Source: Octopus sinensis
Lineage: Eukaryota
NCBI RefSeq assembly: GCF_006345805.1
Contig: NC_043003.1
Coordinates: 47,182,001 to 47,246,000, forward strand
Direction: 5' to 3'
Length of the DNA stretch: 64,000 bases
Below, piece after piece: positions 43,764 through 57,074 of the stretch. The stretch's first letter is position 1. Every line of letters begins with the position of its first letter. The translations under genes and the position numbers were made by a program. The notes beneath the pieces were generated by a model. That model ran no database searches. It saw nothing but the letters and a program-made list of their open reading frames with translations, and had not been told where the DNA came from.

Positions 43764-46700
43764 GGTAGTAGGTATCCGTTGGTCTCGAGAGATTATAGTC
43801 TGCGCCCAAAGAAATCGTGTCAGTTGCTGATGGTGGTGCAGTGTCTGTTGTGGCTGTACTGGCCCACACGGGAGTGGTAGTCACGCATACAGCGACTGCA
43901 TTTGAAGGAGCTCTCTGCAGGTCCGGCTGGTTTTTCCTTCCATCGAGTTCGCTTTTCTTTGATGGAGAGTTCCTGCTCTTTTCATACACTTTTGCTGTAT
44001 TTGTTTCCATTGTGGGCGATCATTTGCAACCTCCACCCATCTCAGGACGTCCAGATCAAGCAACTTCATATCCCTCTTACATACGTCCTCAAAAGGAAGA
44101 TGATTTCATCCTCGTGCTCTTGTGCCGGTGGCCAATTCTTCATACAGGAAGTCTTTTAGGATCGTTCCGTCCGGCATGCGATGTACATGACCGACCCAGT
44201 GCAAACGATGCTACTGGAACAGGGTGAGTATGCTGGGTATCTTGGCTCGGTTAAGGACTTCGGTGTTGATGTGCTCGGTCCACTTGATATCCAAGATACG
44301 TCTCAAATTACAAAGGTGAAAGACTTGAGATGTCACACCTATCTGGAGTAGAGGCTCGACGTCTCACTGCCGTAAAGTAGCGTACTAAGGACGCATGCCT
44401 TATAGATAACAATGTTGGTGTTAGCAGCCAGTTTCTTCTTTTCCCAGACTTACTTAGAGCCTGGCAAATGTGGAGGATGCTTGTCCTATTCGCCTGTTGA
44501 TCTCAGGGTCCAGGGAGAGGTCATCAGCGATGGTAGAGCCGAGATAGATGAATTAATAGACTACCTCCCGCTTGTAGTTGTTGATAGTGATGGATGGGGG
44601 GTGCTTGACACTTTGACCCATTACTTGGGTCTTCTTCGGACTGAATTCCTGACAGGTCTTTGAAAGTCTGTCCACGAGGTGCTGCTGCATTTGCTCTTCA
44701 GAGTGCTTTGTCAGTGCTGCGTCGTCCACGAACAGCATTTTTCTGACGAGTACCTGACGCACCCTAAATTTTGCTTTCAGCCTCGACAGACTAAACAGTT
44801 TGCCGCTTGATCTGGTGTTGAGGTAAACACCATCAGTTGATATCCCAAATGCATGTTTCAGCATGACTGCAAAGAAGATGCCAAACAGGATGGGGGCAAG
44901 CACACAACCCTGCTTCACCCCACTGCGTACGTTGAATGTCCCCGAAGAAGAGCCATCAAATTGAACGACGCCTTTCATGTCCGCGTGAAATCATTGGACA
45001 ATCCTGAGGATTCTTAGAGGATAGCCTATCTTGTCAAGGATTTTGAACAGGCCATCCCTACTAACAAGGTCAAAAGCCTTTCTAAGGTCGATGAAGATGA
45101 TAAAGAGCGGTTGCCTTTGCTCTCTTCAATTTACCTGTAGCTGTCGGAGAGAGATCATGTCGATGGTGGAGCGTTTTGGAGTATACCCTCTCAGCAAAAG
45201 ATTTGGAGTAAACACTCTCAAAGATTTTTTATAATCTGTTTAGGGCCAGGCAGGCAAAGACCTTCCCAACGATGCTTAACTGTGAGATGCCTCGGTAGTT
45301 ATTGCAGTCGCTTTTGTCCCCTTTGTTCTTATATAGGGTGACAATGTTGTAGTCTTTCATGTTTAGCAACACTGATCCTTCCTCCTAACACTGACACAAT
45401 AGCTTCAGCAAGTGGCTAAGTAGAACTCTCCTTGCACATCCAAACCCGGTGCTTTTCCAGTGGGCAATCCATCAATGGCTCTACTCAGTTCTTCAGCAGT
45501 TGGCAGTGTATCTAGTTCCTCTATGACAGGTAGGTGCTCTAAGTTGTCTAGCACACTGTCCGAGATGTAGTTTTCCTTGGTGCAGAGTTCGGAATTATGT
45601 TCCACGCATCTCCCCAGCTGTTCTCTTTTGCCCCTGACCACTTCCCCTGTTCTGGATTTAAGTGGAGTTATCTTATTATGGGTTGGGCCAATGACTTTCT
45701 TGATACCCTCAAACATTCCACAAATGTTGCCCGTGTCAAATGAGTTGGATATCTGCACATAATCGTAACCAGTAGTCATTTGCACACCGTCTCATTGTCT
45801 ACTGCATGCTGTTCCTTGCTGATCTCAATGCTTGTAGTGCTGCTCTGGTGGGTTGGTGTTTGTGCTTCAGCAGGGCAGCACGCTTCTCCTCCATGGTATT
45901 ATTGAATTCTTTCACATTCGCCTCAAACCAGCCATGTGTCATTTTCCTCCTCTTCCCAGAAGCCCTCAGTGCAGTGCTATGGATGATCTCCTTGAGAGAG
46001 TCCCATCTCTACTGAACATTACCTTCTGGTGGGTCTGAAAAGAGGGCGTCTTCCAGTGTCTTGAGGAATGCATCTGTCTTAGTTGGCTGTTGGGTTGCGG
46101 TAGTATTGATATGCTGCTTGCCTGGGGGCTTGGCGCTGTGAATCATTTTTGGTTGGAGTTTGAGATTACAGCAAACCAGGGAGTGGTCTGTGTTGCAGTC
46201 ACCGCGCTGAAAAGATCGAGTCAGGAGGACATTCCTCATGTAGTTGCGTCCTGTGATGATCAAATCTTGTTGCCAACCCCGTACCGACCGCAAAACCTTT
46301 GTAGTGATCCTACAACGGCGCGCGCTCGCGCACGGTCCATTTGTATTTCGCGCGTGTTGGTGCCTTCACCAAGGCACAGAAAGGAAGGCCCCTCTCGCGC
46401 ATGCGCGAACCACCGGAAGCACGACCCTGGCCAAGGCAGGGGGATCGTAGAACGTTTGACCACTAGCAGCAGCAAGCGGCGACTTGGGACCCAGCGATTG
46501 AAGGCGGCAGTCACGCATATATTCTCTCCGTCTGAACTGATTCTAGCAGTCCTTTGGCCGAAGACTTTTAACCAAAATTGTTGCAGACCAACATCGTCTC
46601 CATTGTTCGACGCCATCTTGAATCCTTTCTGTTTTTGGGCTGAAGATTGTAAATATTACAATCTATTAACTTTCAGCCTTGCGCGCCCAGAATCAAGGAC

Positions 46701-47960
46701 ATCAGATAACACACTTATTGTTATTGTCAACAAGAAAGAGAATAAAGTAGTTATATATATTTCACGTCTGCGTCTTGTTGTTTCTGACGGGCAGAGATTC
46801 TGGATTATTAAAGCAACGGCTAGAGTGAGTGATTGCTTTGTGCACCCCAAAAGTGCACTAAGATATTTACACACACCAAGGTTCGTTACACCTTGGTCAG
46901 TAGTCGTGACCAACTCCCACTTTGGCATTGAAGTCGCCACGTAGCACCAGCTATTCTCTGTTTGGAATCGTCTGTATTGTCCTAGAGAACTGATCGTAGA
47001 ACTTATCCTTGGTATCTTGTGAGGAATAGAGGGTTGGAGCATAAGCACTGGTAAGGTTGACAACCGAAGTGCGCAATCGAAGTGAGAGTATCCGCTCTGA
47101 ACTGTCATTGTTGAGTTCTACGAACTTTCGCAGATAGTTCTTCACGGCAAAGCCGATACCATGCTCTCTGACATCATCTATGCCTTTCCCTTGCCAGAGA
47201 AAGGTATAGTCTCTTTCACGAAGGGTCCCCGAATCTGGAAGCCTCGTTTCTTGGAGTGCTGCAATGGAGTGCTTCAATGTCCACTCAGAATCGAAGCAGT
47301 TCGTTGTTGATCACTGCTGTCTTACGTGTGATGCTGATCTTTTGGTCCTCTAGCAGATTAGTTGTCATGGTCCTTATGTTCCAACATCCGAGTCTGAATG
47401 CTGGTTTTTTGCGTTGCTTGCTTATTTGTTGTTTTCTTGGTGCAATGTTTGCAACTCACAATTTGTGATGTTAGTTTCCCTAAGCCCCACGCACCCAGTG
47501 GAGCAGGTGGGCTGTGACGGGATAGCACCTAACTGGCCGGGGGCTGCCCAGCTTCAGGCAGTGAGGCACAATGACCGCCTCCTCCGCCGAAAGCAGCCCC
47601 TGGCGCCTTGCTCTTACACCAATTACGTGCAGGTTTAAATCCGGTAGACTACTGCTTTCCATATTTTTGCCGCCGCGGTTAGACGTCGCTGGAGTGTTCT
47701 CTCCAGGGCGCAGGCCTGGGCAGATTTTCATGGGAAATTGGCAGCTGCCTATGCGATATATCTCTCCTCTTCACCGCCAACAGTGTTATCCAAGGGAAGG
47801 GCCGGGGTCAATACGATTTAGCACCAGTGGGGCCGCAGAAGTTGCCAGAACGAGGTTGTCTACAGCATCGAATTGCCTTAGGGACTCTAGCGCCTGTTAT
47901 CCTCGGGGTTTACCCCCGAAGCGTTTCTCTTTAGTGGGTAATACCGCAAGGCAGCAGAGT
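43764..47960 (-). mobile_element. Near full-length RTE-clade (BovB/RTE-1-like) LINE, decayed, interrupted by a solo LTR
   Basis: APE endonuclease (AALQETR, SAYAPT, GDFNAKVG, TDHSLV), RT (GVKQGCVLAP, LFVDD), C-terminal Cys/His motif, (TAC)n-like tail, GC-rich 5' UTR. Confidence 0.92.
46300..46890 (+). mobile_element. Solo LTR (591 bp), Ty3/gypsy-like
   Basis: TGTAGTGA...TCGTTACA termini, 4-bp TSD CCTT (46296-46299 and 46891-46894), AATAAA at 46741-46746; removing it rejoins the RTE endonuclease reading GDFNAKVG..PRFCGRYGVGN. Confidence 0.9.
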
Positions 47961-48437
47961 TGTTATTTATCGCCGCTGTTTTATTTGTTGTTATTAGTTG
48001 TTATTTATCGCTGCATATGAGGCTCCGGAGCCTCATATATCTCTAGTTCTTAGTTTTTGGCTTGTTTAAATAATTTTTTCAGTTATTGGACTTCATTTGA
48101 GAAATTCAGCAACATGATTTGATGGTTCGATCTCATTGAGTGGTACCTTAAACAAGTTTCTCCTACCGTAGCCTCGGGTCGAATCAAAGTTGGTGAGTGA
48201 AACTGGGAAGATAGAAACTATATTGCTACACGGAACGATGTCACTCCATTGCATGATAGGTATTCTCAATTGTTTCTACTTATTCTACCCAGAACAACCT
48301 GAGATGCTACGCGAATCTTAATCAGTCAATTTTGTAATAATAGTGTTCTCATTCTTTCTACTTAAATTGTTCTCAAAAATAATGAATTGTATTTGTAATA
48401 CTATTTAACCTTTTTATGCAGTGAAAACTTGTACTTA

Positions 48438-49384
48438 CGAGAGTCGGCTTAAAAGTCGGCTGGCGAAGATACTCTCGTGGAATGTGACCAAATGAGGTTT
48501 ATTTTTCAACCTAGTACCCCTTGCGGTTCACACTTCTTTCATCAGTGTTGCACTACTTGGACCCAAATGGTAAAGAAGCTTTCATCCTGTATGTCAAAAA
48601 TGTCATCAGTACTCTCATAGTACTTTCTATTGATGGTGTGGCCCTTTTGCATCCCCTTCTCTGCAGATGAAACTACCTTGGCCTTTGGAGCAGGTGAGGA
48701 GGGGTCTTTCCATTCCGTGGATTGTCTCTTTGTCTCAGGCTCAACATGATGAAACCAATACTCATCCCGAGTTAGGAAACGTTCGAGGAAAATAGGATCT
48801 GCCTCAAATAATATCAAATTTTCCTGTGCTGTCATCAGTCTGTGGTACGCTTTTAATCAGTTGTCAGAAGACGAGGCACCCACCGAGCAGAATATTCAAC
48901 TTTATCACTGGATATGCTAATAGCATTAGCTAGTGTTTTATATTCAATCGCCTGTCATCCATCATCATATGTTGAACACGATCAATGTTTTCCTTGGTGG
49001 TGACAGTTGCAAGACATCCAGACTTTGGATTATGTTCATGCTTCTCCCTCTCCACTCTAAATTCGGTTTCCCACTTTTGCACTATTGATACATCTGGAGC
49101 GTCATCTCTTAATATAGCAACCATGTCAGCATGGATGTCGTTTAAGGCTAAACCATTTTCTGCAGGTACTTGATAACACCACGATGTCAAATTTTGTTGA
49201 TTTTCAAGAGAACTTACTACTAGTTAGTTTTGAAGGCTTCTTTGAACAGTCAGATGTCAGTTTACCTGGATAGAGAAACAATACAATTATTGATAAGAAG
49301 GGTTAAAAATTAACGCATACAAGATCCCACAGCACTAGCATCACTCCTTCATAGTCAGCCAATGAACTTTTTAGCCAATCTTCG
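48438..49384 (-). mobile_element. Decayed, internally deleted mariner
   Basis: TA|CGAGAGTCGGCTTAAAAGT and the matching degenerate right TIR; transposase relics TRDEYWFHHVEPETKRQSTEWK and DIHADMVAILRDDAP. Confidence 0.85.
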
Positions 49385-49447
49385 TATAATATATGTTTGC
49401 ATAATAAGTGAGAAGGTACTTGAATTGATCAGGAACGAACAAAGGAA

Positions 49448-49966
49448 CGAGCAGTATCGCCCGGCGTTGCTCGGGTTTGTAAGGGAAATAACTATATAAG
49501 CATTTTTAGAGAGTTACTTCCCTTATAGATGCCAATTCGGGCTTTCTTAGCCATTTCTGTTTTGGTGTCTTCAAGCCATGAAGTCGTTGTTCTAAAAGAA
49601 CGCTGGTCTCCTTGACAACGCTTTACGACGTTGATTTACTTACACTCCCTTCTCCACAGCTTCACGAGGGAGGGAAGAAGGGGGACAAGCAAACACAGGT
49701 GCAGGTGTTTGAGCGTGGACGCCAACTCCACCGCCATCGACACACGATGCATTTTATGCATTAAAATGGAATAAAAAATTATGTTAAATTATTTTTAAAA
49801 TCGTAGACTCATCGTAGACGCGCGCTAATACTCAGACGGGCTCGATATGAATCACGACTATAAGATACCCGAATTTGGTTAAACTGCACCGCAAAATGTG
49901 GGAGTAGTTAGGAATCTAAATCGAAGGGGACAGACACTCACACAACTACAGTTTTATATATATAGA
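49448..49966 (-). mobile_element. Non-autonomous Helitron
   Basis: Reverse-complement, highly similar copy of 53892-54403 (3' CTAG reads CTCG). Confidence 0.85.
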
Positions 49967-50314
49967 TTAAGAAATAATAACTGTCTTAGAAAGCTAGTGA
50001 AAAATACTGTGCAATTTATAGCTCCTTGTATGTCATTTAAGTACTCTAACTTACTGTATACATACTCCCTCAGAAGAACACTCACTTGTAATATCAACAT
50101 TTAAATACGTGCTGCTAAACAAATAACTATCTCAGTGAAGTCATAACACTAAGTGATTCAATAACTTGTTTAGGTTAACTAAGATTGTACTGCGTGGGTG
50201 TGTGTTTATCAACTAATAAAGCTTCTGAAACCGGGGTTCCGTGTACTTTAGAGTATTTCTTAGAAATTGTAAGGACACAACTGGAATGTTGAACTAATCG
50301 CCACGAATTACACG

Positions 50315-50740
50315 GGAGCTTTTCAGTTTGAACGGCAGTTTTTAACATAATGTCTAGGTAACTAAAAAATTTTAAACTTCGTATACTGGTAGAATGTGTT
50401 TATAAAACATCTTTTTTCTCTTGGCTTTATTGAGAAAATTCTATAGTTTGTAAGATATTTGTTGTTATTTTCTTCAATTTCTGCAATTTCAACCAATCAA
50501 TGACGTGTATTGAGGTAAAAAAAAACATTCTGTGCCGTATGAATACGTCCCTCGTTTAAGAAACAGATTGGGTTTATTTACATTTCTGAAGAAAAAATAT
50601 ACCCTTCCCCCACCCTTTAACCCTAACTTACCCTAACCCTAAAACAGATTGAAATGCAGATTGAAATACTAGAGTCATAATTATGGGTGACAATTTCATG
50701 ACACGGCTAGAAAAAACTGCCGTTCAAACCGAAAAGATCC
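50315..50740. mobile_element. Non-autonomous TIR DNA transposon carrying (CCCTAA)-like repeats
   Basis: About 30-bp TIRs GGA(G/T)CTTTTC(A/G)GTTTGAACGGCAGTTTTT; superfamily not assigned. Confidence 0.8.
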
Positions 50741-51879
50741 AAAACATATTCTGTGTAAGAGGATTTCCATTGAGAATGACGCAGGCGTGCCTCTCCGAAA
50801 CTGCCTAGAATTGAGTTATTTGTTAAAAAGAACTATGCCCATTCATATCATTAAAAATGTAAAACTAAATTAAATGGAATTGATTTCTTACATAAGTGCA
50901 AACCAAAAATTTGGTGAGAGAACAGTCGATTGTCTTGACCACAATATTTTATTGATTTCGAGAAAGTGGAAGGTAAGTTGACCGGGACGGGATTTGATTT
51001 CATTAAAGTAACAAATACTACATGTCTGTTGTCTGCCCTATAGTATCCAACCATTTTACACTATAGTCTTCATGAGAGATACTACATACAACACACTAGA
51101 CATGATGAAGGGATATACCGGGAACTCTTATCTGCTTTAAAGGCACAGATAGATTTAGACTCTGTGTGTGTGCGTATCCAGAGAAAGATATGACCATCAT
51201 AATTCACCGCTACTGCCGTAGCAAAGGAGAGAGCCTCTATATCTCTCGCTCACCCTTCAAAAAATAGCAGCCAAATCTTCCTCAAAATTATACATACGCG
51301 TACCTATTTGTATTTTAAAAAAGGGACAGCTTTCGTGGTCGATAAATAAAGTACTAGTCATGTACTAGGGTCGATGGTATCGTCTAAATTGCTGTTTTAG
51401 AGCCAAAATTAGAAACCATTGAGCAGATCAAGGATTCCAGCTATGGCCGTCTCCTCAATGAGAGAACTCTCCTGGATTGACGACACAAGGACAGCAATTT
51501 TGAGGGAAGGGCAATACCATCAGCTTCAATACTTAACTGGTATTGTAGTTTAATTGACCTCGAAAAGCTAAGCAAAAATGACTTCAATGGGATTTGAACT
51601 AAAAATGTAAAGAGCATTCTTTCCGATATTCTAACTATTCTGCCAACTCAACTATCACCGTTGTCACGAACAAAGAAAGCTTCTACGTGGTCGCTGCTAC
51701 CCCGTTAGAAATAGCAACCAAAATTTCCCTCAAATCACATCCTCCTGTCTTAAAAAGTGGACTTAATTGGACTGTGAGAGAGAGAGAGAGACCTTGCAGA
51801 CAGAAAGGGTAGGACCAGAATGAACGCCTTTAATCATGCATCTTGCCTGATCAATGGGGTTTGTCGTGGTTTGCCATTA

Positions 51880-52190
51880 TAACTATCCACATCCACCGTC
51901 TCTACCACTGCCGTTTTCACCGTCATCACTACCACCCATCCAATATCACCGACCTCAGCACCACTACCAATTACCATCACCAACACAATAATCTCCACTA
52001 CAGACCCCCATCATCATCTCCATCATTTACTATCGTCACCACCCTCGCAAGTACTACTACACCACACACTATCATTCCCATTATTATTATTACCACCGTC
52101 ACCACAACCTCCATCACCATTACACAACCTCTCTACACCACTATTAACTTAACTACTACCACCACCACTATCTTTTTAACCACCTCTGCT
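51880..52190. repeat. Degenerate (CAC/CAT/TAC)n low-complexity tract
   Basis: Read directly. Confidence 0.8.
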
Positions 52191-53891
52191 GTCTAGTCAA
52201 GCTGTCCATCAATTTGGCTGACGTATACAATCTGACTGTATCTGTTGTCGCTTTCTATGCAAAACATTCTTCGGCAAAAACATTTGCACATGACATAGCA
52301 CGTGGTTTTCGCTATTCACCCAGTTTGTTCTGCTTCGAGTTTGTCGCACTTAGATGTTGCTTTTTGTTCTGTTAATGGGGTCATTATGTTGATCTTGTTG
52401 ATCACACTCAGACCATTTATTTATTTTGTCATGTAAAAAAGAAAGTACGCTCGATCCATAAAATCCAGAATTCGGAATATTCTTTCACTGTTTTTTTTTT
52501 GTATTTCGCATTGTTTGTGTAGCCGATGTTCAGCTGTCAAGTTTATTTTGTTTCGACCGTCGTTTCAATCTTGGATACTCCTTTTATTTTTTGGGACATA
52601 TTTGTTATAAGAGAATTAACCTTCCTCTTTCAGACAGTGGAGATTTATTTTAAGAAAATATATAGCCTTTAATCCTCAATAGATCAACAACTGCACTAAA
52701 AGAAAATACGAACACAAAACGGAATAGTAAAATACATTATAACACAATTTTCTAAAGAATCGCAAATTATGTTTCAAATATAGATATTTAATGAGATTTT
52801 TTGTATAGTTATTGTATAAAATGAATATATTTAATAAGGAAGCATAAATTGATTCAATAACTACACCAAATTCTTTGCAGTTGCAGATTTTTTTATGTTT
52901 CATAAATACAAAAACAATGCGATAGAATCACTAATATATTAAAACTATACTATCTTTCTTACATACACATATAATTTATATAGACATAATTGAGTACTGT
53001 ATACATATTGTAAAGCTTTTTTGTTGTTCTTCAGAAAATTTAATGATGTTCGTGTTTGTATTCTCTTCTATTATTCTGATTCCTGTTTCTATTTTCTTTC
53101 GATCCGCCTATGTTTATTCGTTGTTCTATAACACCATCCAGACCTTATCGCACAGTGTGTAGTCACAATGTTGCGTTGACAAAAGGCATATCCCATTATT
53201 TGACTATGCAGCGAACCCTGTAGAATCTGTGGTCTCTCGACATGCTAGAAATAGCTGTCAAATCCCCCTCAAATCAAACCTTATCATCTTAGAAAAGAGC
53301 TCATTGTGTGATATAGTCCCGGGTTAGGCTCCTCGTTACCTCGTATATAATCAATTACTCGAACAACTACGCTGAGTCTAATGTAGGTGTATTTCGTTTA
53401 CACCTATTGTATTATGACCGGTGGAGTTTATTATGGCAACAAATTCGCATCATCCCACGTGTAGACACAAGCACGGCCGTGTGGTTAGAAAGTTTGCTTT
53501 CCTACTGCGTGGGACCTTGGGTATCTTCTGCTATAATCCTGGACCGACCAGTGCTGTATGAGTGGATTTGATAAGCGGAAACCATGCGGAAGCCCGTCTT
53601 ATGTGTGTGTTGTGTTGTGTTTATCCCTCCACTGCTGCTTGGTTTGTTTGTGCCCGTAACTTAGCGGTTCAGCAAAAGTCACAGGATAAATGCCAGGCTA
53701 AATAAAAAAGTTAAGTACTGTGGTTGATTTGTTCGACTATGCCCTAGCATGGTCGCAGGTCGGTGAATGAAACAAAACGTAAAAGAAAGCTCTTTCGAAA
53801 ATGAAAAACAAAAAAATGTGGTGCTTTCCATAGGTCGCAACACGGTGTGCTCGACCGCATGTATGGTAATCGATGGATCTGGTTGCTAAAA

Positions 53892-54403
53892 TCTATATAT
53901 ATAAAACTCTAGTTGTGTGAGTGTCTGTCCCCTTCGATTTAGATTCCTAACTCCTCCCACATTTTGCGGTGCAGTTTAACCAAATTCGGGTATCTTATAG
54001 TCGTGATTCATATCGAGCCCGTCTGACTATTAGCGCGCGTCAACGATGAGTCTACGATTTTAAAAATAATTTAACATCATTTTTTATTCCATTTTACTGC
54101 ATAAAATGCATCGTGTGTCGATGGCGGCGGAGTTGGCGTCCATGGTCACACCTGCACCTGTTTGCTTCTCCCCCTTCCCTCCCTCGTGAAGCTGTGGGGA
54201 AGGGAGTGTAAAGAAATCAACGTCGTAATGCGTTGTGAAGGAAACCAGCGTTCTTTTAGAACAACGACTTCATGGCTTGAAGACACCAAAACAGAAATGG
54301 CTAAGAAAGCCCGAATTGGCATCTATAAGGGAAGTAACTCTCTAAAAATGCTTATATAGTTATTTCCCTTACAAACCCGAGCAACGCCGGGCGATACTGC
54401 TAG
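53892..54403 (+). mobile_element. Non-autonomous Helitron (512 bp)
   Basis: A|TCTATATATATAAAA ... CCCGAGCAACGCCGGGCGATACTGCTAG|T. Confidence 0.88.
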
Positions 54404-54439
54404 TTAATTAGAAAAATTAAAAGAAAATACGTAGTGTAC

Positions 54440-54854
54440 CATAGATGAGTACGGTACATACGTACTGTATGGAAAACGAAACTCGGGAGACGAGTGTGTG
54501 GTGTTGTTTTGCCTTTGTGTGTAAAATTGTGAATTTATTTCAAGCCCTACGATGTTGCCCAAACGTTCAGCACTTTCTAAGGCTTTCTTCTTTACACCGA
54601 AAAGAAGGTAGCGCCAGCAGCTGCCCATCGCCATGTTCCTCACCCGCAAAAAAAAAAGAGAAGACACGGGAACTCCTAAGAATGTGGGGAGAGTTTATAA
54701 AAACTTAAATATATAAAAATAATAAAATAAATACATACAAATTATAAAAATAATTTTTTAAAATATGTAGTACAGTACTGTTTCTACTTCGCAGATTTTT
54801 GCCTATCGCAGGGGTTTTTGGAACGTAATGCCCGCGATAGTCGAGGGATTACTG
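54440..54854. mobile_element. pogo/Tigger-like element end
   Basis: Right terminus reads TA|CAGTAATCCCTCGACTATCGCG on the minus strand; left boundary uncertain. Confidence 0.55.
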
Positions 54855-55999
54855 TATACGTCAATAAGAAAGTGACGTATACAGTATACGTCAATAAGAT
54901 GCTTTCTCGAGACGAACTCTGCAGTTTAGAAGGCTTTCAACAATATATCTGCTTTGAGTATGATATATAGATTGCTCTGTGTATGTTTGCGTATGTTATG
55001 TAAGTGTGTGTGTATGTACGTATGTATGTATTCATACATGTGCGCCCACAGTTACAGAACAAGGTGGGATAGATAACACTCAATATTTCAAATTTATACA
55101 AATTATAAAAATAATGTATCTTTTTTATTTTTCATTTCCAACCACAATATGCACACTAAAATGGTTGTGTATTAGGTAATTGGTGGGAAAACTACATCTA
55201 TATAGACTTTTTCAATAAAATTTGAAGAGAAAGGATGGTTTGCATATTTATTCTTAATACGTTCCGGTAGATTCGACCGCAAATATGTTAGTCGTTGTTG
55301 TGTACATCGCAGGAGAACAACTCCTTTATATGACGACTGTGTTCGTAACATACCCGGCTCGTCGGTGCAAGAAATTCTGAAACACCGGTATTTCAATATG
55401 TTGGGCCTCATCAGCTAGAAGTACCCGAACCATTGTACCTAAACAAGCTGATGGCTTTCTTCATGATTTCAGCGAACAAAAATTATTTACTGATCAGTGC
55501 TCATAGCTGTCAACCGATAAAAAAATATATTTGCTCTGTGTACAGCGAGATCTGAAATGATTTCTGCAAGTATTCTTGATACTCAGGCCCAAAACATCCC
55601 AAGTGTTTTATTTTTTTATTATTTACGATAGCTTCGAATTGACCAGTACTTTGAGAATAAAATTTCCTAGACGGAAACTGTGCAGAGATCCGACACTTGT
55701 GTGTGTACGCGCGTATATATGTAGTTGCATATATGTCTTCATACGTACGTATGTTTATCAGCAAAGAGCTTATGGAAAGTACTTCAGGGGAGCGTTCTAC
55801 AACACACACATGTATGTTTATGTGTGTGTGCGTGTTTGTGTCTTACTAAATGTGGCAAAGAGGAGAGCGATTACTACGCGTGTAGAAGTTGTGGCTTCAA
55901 TCCATTGCCAGGTTGCTTTGGTACAGAAAGTTCGTGCAGGTAGACTGGAGCTGTTCACCTTGGTGTGTATACACAACAGCGTGAAGTGAACCTGGAACG

Positions 56000-56484
56000 A
56001 TGTTGGTGTTGGTGTGTACGTAGACATGTTAGTGATGTCGAGAAGCTAAGGCGACGGTGGTAATGGCGGTGTCAAAGTGAAGTCGACGGTGGAGAAAGGC
56101 GACGTCGCGATGAAGGTGACGGTGGAGAACAGCCCTGAGATGCTGCATGTTGGTGTCTCGCGGGAACATTGGCTGAAGTTGCAGGAACTGGTTGAGTCGC
56201 GGGAACTGGCTGGTCTGGTTGTGGTCAATGGTCGAAGACCAAAGACGAGATATAGTGAATTGCTGAGCCTTTTAAAGCAAGAGGTAGGCTCCAGTGAAAA
56301 TCCAAAAGACTGCATCATGGGACCTTATCCGAAGGCCGTGGTTGGTTGGCTTACACACTGGCGCGAAATAAAACTGCACCAAAACCAACCAATCAAGGTA
56401 GCGGACACAACCGGTTTCTTTTTTTTCCGAAGAATGGCTGCTATCTGTCACGGCAGCATTTCTATGATCTCTCTCAAACAGTGA
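56000..56484 (+). pseudogene. Possible LINE ORF1 (gag-like) relic
   Basis: GC-richer coding-like segment; GLVVVNGRRPK resembles the pre-knuckle LRVRVEGRISRC motif at 59510..60025. Confidence 0.35.
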
Positions 56485-57074
56485 GGATATCACCGAGCTA
56501 CGCTACAACTGCATTTAATAAATCGAAATAGGTTTATAGAAGAATTAACAATTTAGCAGTCTGAAGGTTTTAGTAAATCTATTGCTATTTTAATTACCTA
56601 CCACTTCTTCCAGTCTCTCGTCCTCATCTTTTTCTTTTCATCACACTGCATGTTGTATTTAAGACTGAAATATTCATGGCTACTTTTTTTCGGGGGCAGG
56701 TAAAGAAAAAATCATTTTCCCCCAAAATAGGAGGTAACATCTGTAATATTTTTCCACAGATCTTTTATTTCGTTTGAAGATTTTGATGCATTTCTGTTAT
56801 AACATCATAACTGGGTGATTTCCTTATAAATAGGCGGACGGTGATTTTCGAGTAATTTATTTGGAGAAATAACATTTTTAAAAAGTGATTGTATTCAATT
56901 TATTCATTGAATTCACATAATGCATTGTAAGGAAAAATGAGGTTTGTGTTTTAATGGACTCTATAACATTTCCTGAAAGTTGAGATTTCACATATTACGA
57001 CGTTTTGTTGATTTTAAAGCAAAAATAAAGTGAATCAAACGAATTTATATATGTATACAAAATTAATAATTGTT

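Noticed and set aside
46090-46944. Longest ORF in the track (284 aa)
   Set aside because: It spans a solo LTR and antisense RTE sequence, has a non-ATG start and no recognisable domain; most likely a chance frame.
51843-52196. His/Thr-rich mucin-like ORF
   Set aside because: Translation of a degenerate trinucleotide tract; no splice or homology support.
55370-55420. Minus-strand CTGATGAGG...GAAA hammerhead-like motif
   Set aside because: I could not build stems II and I; similar weak matches at about 7847 and 43734 also fail.
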